From NCBI RefSeq assembly GCF_001194135.2, contig NC_068994.1, positions 49,319,536 through 49,380,406 of the forward strand: a DNA stretch of 60,871 bases. The letters are read 5' to 3'. The translations under genes and the position numbers were made by a program. This DNA is from Octopus bimaculoides. Its lineage: Eukaryota. Shown one piece after another: positions 50,285-60,871 of the stretch. The notes under the pieces are model-generated. The model saw only the letters and a program-made list of their open reading frames with translations, ran no database searches and was not told where the DNA came from. Numbering within the stretch: position 1 is the first letter of the stretch; each line of letters opens with the position of its first letter.

Positions 50285-50607
50285 CTAGACAAATGGAATG
50301 ATAGAGATAAAAAGATAGATGGACAGATAGATAGATAGACAGGTAGATAGATACAAATATACATACATATATACATGAGTACATACATACGTGCCAATGT
50401 CGAATTCAACTCACCTACACGGACAAAACAGTAATTCTATAGCTTTGAAATTCATAGAAATACTTGGAATATTCTAGCTGTGTATTCTAAAAATATCCAA
50501 CCATACTATCGAGGAATGATGGAGACGATACGTATAAGATTCAATATCTTTTTTCTTTTACTATATAACGAAGAATAAATTGCTATGAATCAGCAACTTG
50601 TAACTAA

Positions 50608-50772
50608 GGCGCAGGCGTAGCTGTATGGTAAGAATCTTGCTTTCCATCCACATGGTTCCGTGTTCAGGCCATTGCGTGGTACCTCAGACAAGTATTTTCT
50701 ATCTTAGCCTTGGTCGATAAAAGCATTGTGAGTGAATATAAGAGACAGAAACTGAAAGAATCCCGTCGTACA
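50608..50772 (+). mobile_element. SINE-B 5' half
   Basis: GGCGCAGGCGTAGCTGTATGGTAAG...GAAACTGAAAGAATCCCGTCGTA. Confidence 0.85.
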
Positions 50773-50893
50773 CACACAGACATATATATATGTATGTATG
50801 TATACTTAATTAAGGATAAAATCATTAAAACTTAAATCATTTTATATAAGGTAAATAAGAGTCGGAGGATGGAAGATACGAAAATTTTTGTTA

Positions 50894-50991
50894 ATCACTA
50901 CAATTGTTTCGACACACCTGGCATCGATCCCTCACGAGTGGGATAATTAACAACTGCTTCAGGAGCTTCCGACGATGTGTCTTCGGATGAT
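50894..50991 (-). ncRNA. Type I hammerhead-like motif with long stem II insert (Penelope type, degenerate core)
   Basis: AUCAU-CCGAA-GACACAUC-(55 nt)-GGUGUGUC-GAAA-C-AAUU-G-UA-GUGAU: 5-bp stem I, 8-bp stem II, palindromic AAUU loop III. Confidence 0.55.
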
Positions 50992-51123
50992 ATATAGATA
51001 TACCAGTTCTGTGTAAAGAAAAACAGCAAGTATTAAAAATAACCGTTAACGGATATGGATGTATAAACGCCCTCGTGTAAGTTGTGTATACACACATACA
51101 TATACATACATACATACACACAC

Positions 51124-51156
<33 letters not shown>

Positions 51157-52068
51157 NNNNNNNNNNNNNNNNNNNNNNNNNNNNNNNNNNNNNNNNNNNN
51201 NNNNNNNNNNNNNNNNNNNNNNNNNNNNNNNNNNNNNNNNNNNNNNNNNNNNNNNNNNNNNNNNNNNNNNNNNNNNNNNNNNNNNNNNNNNNNNNNNNNN
51301 NNNNNNNNNNNNNNNNNNNNNNNNNNNNNNNNNNNNNNNNNNNNNNNNNNNNNNNNNNNNNNNNNNNNNNNNNNNNNNNNNNNNNNNNNNNNNNNNNNNN
51401 NNNNNNNNNNNNNNNNNNNNNNNNNNNNNNNNNNNNNNNNNNNNNNNNNNNNNNNNNNNNNNNNNNNNNNNNNNNNNNNNNNNNNNNNNNNNNNNNNNNN
51501 NNNNNNNNNNNNNNNNNNNNNNNNNNNNNNNNNNNNNNNNNNNNNNNNNNNNNNNNNNNNNNNNNNNNNNNNNNNNNNNNNNNNNNNNNNNNNNNNNNNN
51601 NNNNNNNNNNNNNNNNNNNNNNNNNNNNNNNNNNNNNNNNNNNNNNNNNNNNNNNNNNNNNNNNNNNNNNNNNNNNNNNNNNNNNNNNNNNNNNNNNNNN
51701 NNNNNNNNNNNNNNNNNNNNNNNNNNNNNNNNNNNNNNNNNNNNNNNNNNNNNNNNNNNNNNNNNNNNNNNNNNNNNNNNNNNNNNNNNNNNNNNNNNNN
51801 NNNNNNNNNNNNNNNNNNNNNNNNNNNNNNNNNNNNNNNNNNNNNNNNNNNNNNNNNNNNNNNNNNNNNNNNNNNNNNNNNNNNNNNNNNNNNNNNNNNN
51901 NNNNNNNNNNNNNNNNNNNNNNNNNNNNNNNNNNNNNNNNNNNNNNNNNNNNNNNNNNNNNNNNNNNNNNNNNNNNNNNNNNNNNNNNNNNNNNNNNNNN
52001 NNNNNNNNNNNNNNNNNNNNNNNNNNNNNNNNNNNNNNNNNNNNNNNNNNNNNNNNNNNNNNNNNNNN

Positions 52069-52125
<57 letters not shown>

Positions 52126-52270
52126 GTATATATAAATGTATGTATATATTCATATACGTATTCATATATATATATGTATATGTGTATAATGTAAATATAC
52201 GTATGTGTGTATATATGTGTGTGTATATGTGCGTGCATATGTGTTAATGCATATATGTTGCATGTGTGGA

Positions 52271-52311
<41 letters not shown>

Positions 52312-52467
52312 GTGTGTAGCAATCGGATGAGTTATTCTTTCTATATATATATTACTGAGACAGCGATTTTGTGGATATCTTCTCTCTTGCTCTCTCTCTC
52401 TCTCTCTCTCTCTCTCACTAAATATATGTTATCTTATGTGTGTACATATGTATACATACATATATAT

Positions 52468-52559
<92 letters not shown>

Positions 52560-52812
52560 GTATATATATGTATATATATATATATATTGTATATTCAATG
52601 TGTGTATGTGTACATAGTGTGTTATCAAGATGGCTACCACTCAAGACAATTGAAAAATGTCTGTACAGGACACTACATATACATCCTCCATTCTTCTTTC
52701 GCATGGCATCATTTTAATCATTTCTCTACCCATCCCTCCCTCCTCCCACTCTTCCTTCCTTCCTTCCTTCCTTCCTTCGTCATCTCCGTTCTCTTGAATT
52801 CGTTTTGCTTTG

Positions 52813-52857
<45 letters not shown>

Positions 52858-53625
52858 NNNNNNNNNNNNNNNNNNNNNNNNNNNNNNNNNNNNNNNNNNN
52901 NNNNNNNNNNNNNNNNNNNNNNNNNNNNNNNNNNNNNNNNNNNNNNNNNNNNNNNNNNNNNNNNNNNNNNNNNNNNNNNNNNNNNNNNNNNNNNNNNNNN
53001 NNNNNNNNNNNNNNNNNNNNNNNNNNNNNNNNNNNNNNNNNNNNNNNNNNNNNNNNNNNNNNNNNNNNNNNNNNNNNNNNNNNNNNNNNNNNNNNNNNNN
53101 NNNNNNNNNNNNNNNNNNNNNNNNNNNNNNNNNNNNNNNNNNNNNNNNNNNNNNNNNNNNNNNNNNNNNNNNNNNNNNNNNNNNNNNNNNNNNNNNNNNN
53201 NNNNNNNNNNNNNNNNNNNNNNNNNNNNNNNNNNNNNNNNNNNNNNNNNNNNNNNNNNNNNNNNNNNNNNNNNNNNNNNNNNNNNNNNNNNNNNNNNNNN
53301 NNNNNNNNNNNNNNNNNNNNNNNNNNNNNNNNNNNNNNNNNNNNNNNNNNNNNNNNNNNNNNNNNNNNNNNNNNNNNNNNNNNNNNNNNNNNNNNNNNNN
53401 NNNNNNNNNNNNNNNNNNNNNNNNNNNNNNNNNNNNNNNNNNNNNNNNNNNNNNNNNNNNNNNNNNNNNNNNNNNNNNNNNNNNNNNNNNNNNNNNNNNN
53501 NNNNNNNNNNNNNNNNNNNNNNNNNNNNNNNNNNNNNNNNNNNNNNNNNNNNNNNNNNNNNNNNNNNNNNNNNNNNNNTGTGAATGTGTGATTGCCTCTA
53601 CAATTTTGTTTGTGTGGCTCTGTGG

Positions 53626-53666
<41 letters not shown>

Positions 53667-54129
53667 TAGATAGATAGACGCATCCATTCATACATAAACA
53701 TACTAACATACCTGGCAGTATATTGTTGCTTCTTCTGTCGATTAAGAGTCAACGACCTGTAAACCAAAAGCGGAACACTGATGCTATGCCACGTTCATCT
53801 TTAGAATAATTCCTGCCGGTCGGCATTCTTTGATAACAACAACAACAACCACAACAACAACGACGGCAGTAACAACAACTACTGTGACAATACTGGAACC
53901 AGGAGCACCAATAAAGAAGTAACGACAGCTACAATGATATTCTAAGCACCACCAGAAACAACCAGAAGAATAATAAAACACACAACATCATAAGCAACAA
54001 TAATGGCTGCCTTTGAGAAAGTTCAGTTACATTTAACGTCATAAAATACTCAAATCCAACCGCGCCCACGCATCTCTGCTATTCTTTCTCTTCAAAATCC
54101 TCTTTTCACTTTTTTCTCCACTTCAGGTT

Positions 54130-54213
54130 CGTTTCTTTCTCTCTTTCTTTCCTTCTTTCTTTTCTTCTTTCTTTATTTCTTTCTTTCTTTCTTTCTTTCG
54201 TTCTTTCTTTCTT

Positions 54214-54247
<34 letters not shown>

Positions 54248-54290
54248 CATCTCTTTCTTTTTCTTTTCTTTATTTCTTTCTTTCTCTTGT
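54130..54290. repeat. (TTTC)n polypyrimidine tract
   Basis: Direct observation. Confidence 0.95.
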
Positions 54291-54426
54291 ATATTTAGAC
54301 CGTTGCTTTTCTCATGTCTTTTCTTTGCTACTTTTGTTATTTCTAGTATCTTTTATTTATTATTTTATTTATTCGAATATCATTTATATAATTATCTATT
54401 TGGAATACCCACTCCGTTCTCTCACC

Positions 54427-54463
<37 letters not shown>

Positions 54464-54572
54464 ATATATATATATACGCGCACTTCCTCTTCGGCACACA
54501 TTCATACATATATATATATGCGTGTGTGTATGTGTGTCTATTTATGCACATTGAAATACGTATATCTATCTA

Positions 54573-54617
<45 letters not shown>

Positions 54618-54627
54618 NNNNNNNNNN

Positions 54628-54684
<57 letters not shown>

Positions 54685-55249
54685 TACGTATATATGCAGA
54701 AATATACGTGTATATATGCCTATATTTATATATTCATGCGAATGTGTTTGTATATACGTTCACACGTAAATGCGTATTGATATGTGCATCTACTTATGTA
54801 TATACATGTATATATGCACGCACGCACACGCACACGCACACACACACACACATACACACACACACACTCACACAAACCCACACGTATGCATAGACGCCAT
54901 CACGACACTTCTCTGACAAATCTTATTTCGAAGTCACGACGTGATGTGAACGAAATACGCAGAAACATAAAATGAACGATTTTATATTAAATCACAATAT
55001 TCTCTACAGCCATTACTCCTTCTCTCTGTGTCTGTCTGTTTGTCTATCTGTCTGTCTGTCTGTCTATCTGTCTCTCTCTCTCTCTCTCTCCCTCTCTCTC
55101 TTTCTTACTCTCACTTTACGTCTCGCTTTCCAAAATCTGCTGAGCTCCACACGTCCGTGTCCAGCATGGAAAACATTTTCAGCTCCAGCCTCACGCAAAA
55201 CTTTAATCTCTCTGAAGTCCTTCCCGTTCACATTGCCTTTATGTATCTT

Positions 55250-55618
55250 TCTCTGGCATGGTTGTGCGGTAAGAAGTTTGCTTCTCAACCAAATTGGTTT
55301 CGGGTTCAATCCCACATCGACTCGTGTGACTGTTATTGCACCTCCCGTTCATCCTCCTTTCGCAAATTTATAAAGCAATAATAGTGTCAAGATTGTTTTT
55401 TTTACCTTTTACCATTCATTTCTTTCAGTCATCGCACTGCGGGCCATGCCTGCCGAACCACCGTCTTGGAGACGTTTTTGGTCGAACGAACCGGCACTTG
55501 GTACTTATTCTATTTGTAACTTTTGCCGGACCGCTAAGTTACTACGTAAACACACCAACACCAATTGTCAAGCGGCGCTGGGGGAGAAACACAGACACAG
55601 ACACACACAGGCATACAT
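55250..55618. mobile_element. SINE-B pieces (plus head 55250-55315; minus 3' half 55405-55618)
   Basis: TGGTTGTGCGGTAAGAAG...GGGTTCAATCCCA and TTTCAGTCATCGCACTGCGGGCCATGC...TGTCAAGCGG. Confidence 0.8.
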
Positions 55619-55629
55619 GAACACAGACA

Positions 55630-55862
55630 CAGACACTCTTTCACCACAACTTTCTCTCACTCTTACTTCTTGTTTCTGTTGTGCCTTTAACTCAAAGGGT
55701 CAGCCTTATCACACTGTGTCACGCTGAATATCCCCGAGAACTACGTTAAGGGTACACGTGTCTGTGGAGTGCTCAGCCACTTGCACGTTAATTTCACGAG
55801 CAGGCTGTTCCGTTGATAGGATCAACTGGAACCCTCGACGTCGTAAGCGACGGAGTGCCAAC
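55630..55862 (+). mobile_element. Repeat module D preceded by a SINE-C central segment
   Basis: CCACAACTTTCTCTCACTCT (shared with 17713-17732) followed by module D. Confidence 0.82.
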
Positions 55863-56081
55863 ATACCTATATGTCCATGTATATTTTTAGTATTCATATA
55901 TTTTTACATCTCTAATATATCAGTATATATTTCAGTTCGAACAATCCTTATTTTATCTTACCTAAACCCGTATATGTATATGTCAATCATAGTCTGCCTG
56001 ATTTGAATTTTTTTCCATTCTTTCCACTATACATATCTAACGCCTTAGGTTCGACTGGAGCACTTCTTTTCTTCTCTACTC

Positions 56082-56285
56082 TAGGCACAAGGCCCGAAAT
56101 TTGGGGGGAGAGGGCCGGTCGATTAGATCGACCCCAGTATACAACTGGTACTTAATTTATCGAACCCCGAAAGGATGAAAGGCAAAGTCGACCTCGGCAG
56201 AATTTGAACTCAGAACGTAAAGACAAACGAAATACCGCTAAGCATTTCGCCCGGCGTGCTGACGATTCTGACAGGTCGCCGCCTT
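56082..56285 (-). mobile_element. SINE-A, full length, tail type 2
   Basis: TAGGCACAAGGCCCGAAATTT...CCCGGCGTGCTGACGATTCTGACAGGTCGCCGCC. Confidence 0.93.
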
Positions 56286-56812
56286 GTCAGAAATCTATAT
56301 CAAATGAACGGTTTCTTCTATAATAATCACCGAAGTTTCAAATAACAGGAAAAAACAGAAACGCTATTACTTTTGCATGCATCTAATTAATATACTCAGG
56401 TTAGACTTGAGCACTTCTAGGCTAACTATGTGTCTCGTAAGAAAATNNNNNNNNNNNNNNNNNNNNNNNNNNNNNNNNNNNNNNNNNNNNNNNNNNNNNN
56501 NNNNNNNNNNNNNNNNNNNNNNNNNNNNNNNNNNNNNNNNNNNNNNNNNNNNNNNNNNNNNNNNNNNNNNNNNNNNNNNNNNNNNNNNNNNNNNNNNNNN
56601 NNNNNNNNNNNNNNNNNNNNNNNNNNNNNNNNNNNNNNNNNNNNNNNNNNNNNNNNNNNNNNNNNNNNNNNNNNNNNNNNNNNNNNNNNNNNNNNNNNNN
56701 NNNNNNNNNNNNNNNNNNNNNNNNNNNNNNNNNNNNNNNNNNNNNNNNNNNNNNNNNNNNNNNNNNNNNNNNNNNNNNNNNNNNNNNNNNNNNNNNNNNN
56801 NNNNNNNNNNNN

Positions 56813-56845
<33 letters not shown>

Positions 56846-57356
56846 CATTTGATGTATCAGTTTGCCGGTTTGCATCATGTGGTATATTTAAACATCAATT
56901 CAGTTCAGCGCTGTTTATTTACCAGGCAACATACCTGCATACCGCTGCAACACGTTGAATCGGCGTGGCTCGAAGTGCCTTTACAAACGAAATATTGTGT
57001 GGGCCGATGCTTGTACTTCTGTCTCTGAGGCTGAGGCCCGCTGCTGCGCTTCTCTCACTACATGCGAGCATAAAAGTGTGTGAGAGGATATGTACTCTCT
57101 GTGATTCTGTATGTGAGTGTGGTTGGGCGAGTGTTTGCGTTTGTGTTCGTACACCTGTGAATTGTGTGTATATGTGTGTGAGTTCACAGTACGGTTTATA
57201 TTACGCAAAACATGCATCTAAGAATAAAAGTTAAAACCTCATTGCTGTAGAAATTGGAATACAGGTGTGTATGTATGAGCCGCCCAATATGTATATGGGC
57301 CTCTGTGTGTGTGTGTACGGTTTAAATATATGTTAGTGAGTATGTATGTATGTATG

Positions 57357-57422
<66 letters not shown>

Positions 57423-57424
57423 TT

Positions 57425-57639
57425 TTAGCCTTTTACTAGTTTCAGTCCTTTGACTGCGGCCATGCTGGAACACCGCCTTTAGTCGAGCACATCGACCCCA
57501 GGACTTATTCTTTGTAAGCCTAGTACTTATTCTATCGGTCTCTTTTGCCGAACCGCAAATTTACAGGGACCTAAATACACCACCATCGGCTGTCAAGCGA
57601 TGTTGGGGGGACAAACACAGGCACACAAACATACGCACG

Positions 57640-57662
<23 letters not shown>
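57425..57662 (-). mobile_element. SINE-B 3' half
   Basis: Matches 27333-27596 in reverse. Confidence 0.92.
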
Positions 57663-57695
<33 letters not shown>

Positions 57696-58496
57696 NNNNN
57701 NNNNNNNNNNNNNNNNNNNNNNNNNNNNNNNNNNNNNNNNNNNNNNNNNNNNNNNNNNNNNNNNNNNNNNNNNNNNNNNNNNNNNNNNNNNNNNNNNNNN
57801 NNNNNNNNNNNNNNNNNNNNNNNNNNNNNNNNNNNNNNNNNNNNNNNNNNNNNNNNNNNNNNNNNNNNNNNNNNNNNNNNNNNNNNNNNNNNNNNNNNNN
57901 NNNNNNNNNNNNNNNNNNNNNNNNNNNNNNNNNNNNNNNNNNNNNNNNNNNNNNNNNNNNNNNNNNNNNNNNNNNNNNNNNNNNNNNNNNNNNNNNNNNN
58001 NNNNNNNNNNNNNNNNNNNNNNNNNNNNNNNNNNNNNNNNNNNNNNNNNNNNNNNNNNNNNNNNNNNNNNNNNNNNNNNNNNNNNNNNNNNNNNNNNNNN
58101 NNNNNNNNNNNNNNNNNNNNNNNNNNNNNNNNNNNNNNNNNNNNNNNNNNNNNNNNNNNNNNNNNNNNNNNNNNNNNNNNNNNNNNNNNNNNNNNNNNNN
58201 NNNNNNNNNNNNNNNNNNNNNNNNNNNNNNNNNNNNNNNNNNNNNNNNNNNNNNNNNNNNNNNNNNNNNNNNNNNNNNNNNNNNNNNNNNNNNNNNNNNN
58301 NNNNNNNNNNNNNNNNNNNNNNNNNNNNNNNNNNNNNNNNNNNNNNNNNNNNNNNNNNNNNNNNNNNNNNNNNNNNNNNNNNNNNNNNNNNNNNNNNNNN
58401 NNNNNNNNNNNNNNNNNNNNNNNNNNNNNNNNNNNNNNNNNNNNNNNNNNNNNNNNNNNNNNNNNNNNNNNNNNNNNNNNNNNNNNNNNNNNNNNN

Positions 58497-58535
<39 letters not shown>

Positions 58536-58844
58536 ACCGCGCCGATCTAATCTAAAACATAATCCCTTGATGTAATCGACGATAAATAGTTAACAATAAG
58601 TTAGGATAATTAGTGTTAAACCATTAGTCTATCTCATTAATAAGGAACATAGTTAAGTAATTCACAGCCATGAAGTCTGTCATGCGTAAAGTATAGTCTT
58701 ATTTCGTATCAGAACAACGATTTTATTCAATTAGCGTTTACTGATCCGCTACACACAATCCGCTGAGAATTCTCATGATTATAATCAGTAACGTATATAT
58801 GTTTAACATATATGGTAGTCATCTTAATGTTGCTAATGAGTCTG

Positions 58845-59310
58845 CCTGCTCGCCGGACGAAATGCTTAGCATCATTTCTTCTAGATATGCCCGCTGTTCA
58901 AATACCATGGAGGTCTGTTTTGCGTTTTTCATCTTTTCGCGGTGTACAAAATGACCTTCCAGTTGAGGACTGGAGTCAATGTAATCGACTTGTCCTTATT
59001 ACTAAAGTAGCTGACACTTTTTCAAAATTTGAAACCATTATCATTAGACAAAGTAACAGTTACATTTTGTAGCTTCGTCGTACTGGCAATCGGCAAATTG
59101 AGCAGGTTAGTATTGCCTGCAAAGCGGCGAGCTGGCAGAATCGTTAGCACGCCGGGCGAAATGCTTAGCGGTATTTCGTCTGCCGTTACATTCTGAGTTC
59201 AAATTCCGCCGAGGTCGACTTTGTCTTTCATCCTTTCGGGATCGATAAATTAAGTACCAGTTGACTACTGGTGTCGATGTAATCGACTATCCTCCACCCT
59301 CAAATTGTGC
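58845..59310 (+). mobile_element. Two SINE-A copies (58845-59010 diverged; 59124-59310)
   Basis: GGCGGCGAGCTGGCAGAATCGTTAGCACGCCGGGCGAAATGCTTAGCGG at 59124. Confidence 0.9.
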
Positions 59311-59496
59311 CTATCGTAGAAACGTTAGTATTTTCTGCATCCAAAGTACAAGCAACTGAAATCTCCCAACTTACAAACTCCTCGTATCACTGAAGTACTG
59401 CATTCAGGAACAACGGTTTCATGACACAGAAGAAATGGAAGTGGCTGTGAAGAGCATATGTAGTGTCTGTATTTATACATGTGTGCGTAAATACAT

Positions 59497-59610
<114 letters not shown>

Positions 59611-60246
59611 ACATACACAGGCACCTGTTTAATTTTTGCACTGCTAGCACCTGTTACGGCGTTGGCTGGCTAACCTTCGTGTAATATCCTTGATCCAACC
59701 CAATATAAAGCATGCAGTTGGCGCGTGGCTCTCATGTTACTGCGTGATTTCAACTACCAAACCAAGCCAAACCAAACCAACTCACTCCTCCTCTTGCATA
59801 CATATGAGCCAACCCAACGAAGTTGTTTACAAACAATCACTCGACCTGTTAAAAATAGCAGCCATATGATTATTAAAACAGCACCATGCTGACCTAAAAG
59901 AAGTAGGGACGCAAACGGAATGCTTAGTCGGAGATATAGTGTGACCGAGAAATAAATAAGTATAATAACGAAAGGATTGACACATTTGGAACATATTTGG
60001 TCTCAGGTAGATCTTGTTGGATAGGTATCATTGGTCTTCCTTCAACCGTTAGTCTCTCTATTAGTGGCACTGCACCAATAGGGGAGAGACTCCGAGTAAG
60101 GCTTCCCAAGGAGTCACCGACTAGGGCGAATGAACCAGTTCAGGTCAACGACCAAGTGCTCGGTGAGGGGGTCAAGTCATGTCTTAGGTAGAGTTATACA
60201 GAGGTAACTAACAGTTTGGAGAAGAATGGGCGCCGATACATGCTGC

Positions 60247-60552
60247 TTTTCTCCTAGGGTACTTAAAACGAATTATACCTCTTCCCAGTTGCAGGGGTTG
60301 TTGGAAACTATCCTAACGCTGAGTGCTACATCTTGTTTTTCTCTTAGGATATCGAAAATAAAACGTTCTCTTTTCCTCCCTGCAAGTACCTGTAGAAAAG
60401 AAGACACCGAGCTCCACAGCGTGTTTTTCTCTCGGGGTACCCAAATGAGATACACCTAATTTCGGATGCAGGAGGCTGTTGGAAACCACCATAACACTAA
60501 GCATCACTAAGTGCATTTTTCTCTCAGGTGCCCAAGACAAGATACACCTACT
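60247..60552. repeat. Diverged ~90-bp tandem repeat, 3.4 units
   Basis: TTTTCTC(C/T)(T/C)(A/G)GG anchors at 60251, 60341, 60429 and 60521; units 1 and 3 share TGCAGG.G.TGTTGGAAAC.A.C.TAAC.CT.AG. Confidence 0.75.
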
Positions 60553-60616
60553 CACTGAAAACAAAGTTTGAGTAAAAATAGGTGCGAATAAAAAGCACTA
60601 AAGGATAAAAAAAAAT

Positions 60617-60871
60617 TACACACACACACACACATACACGCATACACATATACATACACACACAAACACGCACATACAAATACACTCACGTACACATACA
60701 CACATAGACACACAACTGTTGGAACACACGCGCACAGAAACATACACACACACACAAACACACACACACAAACACACACACACAAACACACACACACACA
60801 AACACAACTGCAAATACACACAAACACACACACACACACAAACACACAACTGCAGAAACAAGCATTCACAC
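60617..60871. repeat. Degenerate (CA)n tract
   Basis: Direct observation. Confidence 0.95.

Noticed and set aside
59698-59745. CCAAT/TATAAA promoter-like sequence
   Set aside because: Short AT-rich motifs are common in this background and no downstream gene is evident.

Overview
AT-rich, gappy animal DNA (23 N-runs, about 9 kb or 15% of the window). It is dominated by (AT)n, (GT)n, (ATAG)n, (ATGT)n and trinucleotide microsatellites and by dozens of tRNA-derived SINE copies. The repeat content looks like an octopus-type cephalopod short-read scaffold (inference). No host protein-coding gene can be confidently identified, and nearly all ORFs in the supplied track are microsatellite or gap artefacts. 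Recognisable coding remnants all come from transposons: a Chapaev3-like DNA transposase C-terminus with its right end and a 28-bp subterminal array (26.3-27.2 kb), a CR1/L2-group LINE ORF2 C-terminus present twice (33.9-34.3 kb), and a HERO/NeSL-type restriction-like endonuclease with 3' UTR (35.9-36.6 kb). There are also mariner and hAT termini. The most interesting signals are structured RNA motifs. Several Penelope-type hammerhead ribozyme remnants are present (1.4, 14.6 and 50.9 kb). The HERO 3' UTR holds a hammerhead-like fold whose three strands occur in a non-standard, pseudoknotted order (35,973-36,039). An inverted-plus-direct duplication (10.8-11.6 kb) contains a signal-peptide-like exon whose in-frame UAG lies in a hairpin, making it a possible ADAR stop-to-Trp site. 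Family labels (SINE-A, -B, -C etc.) are mine, and SINE boundaries are approximate.
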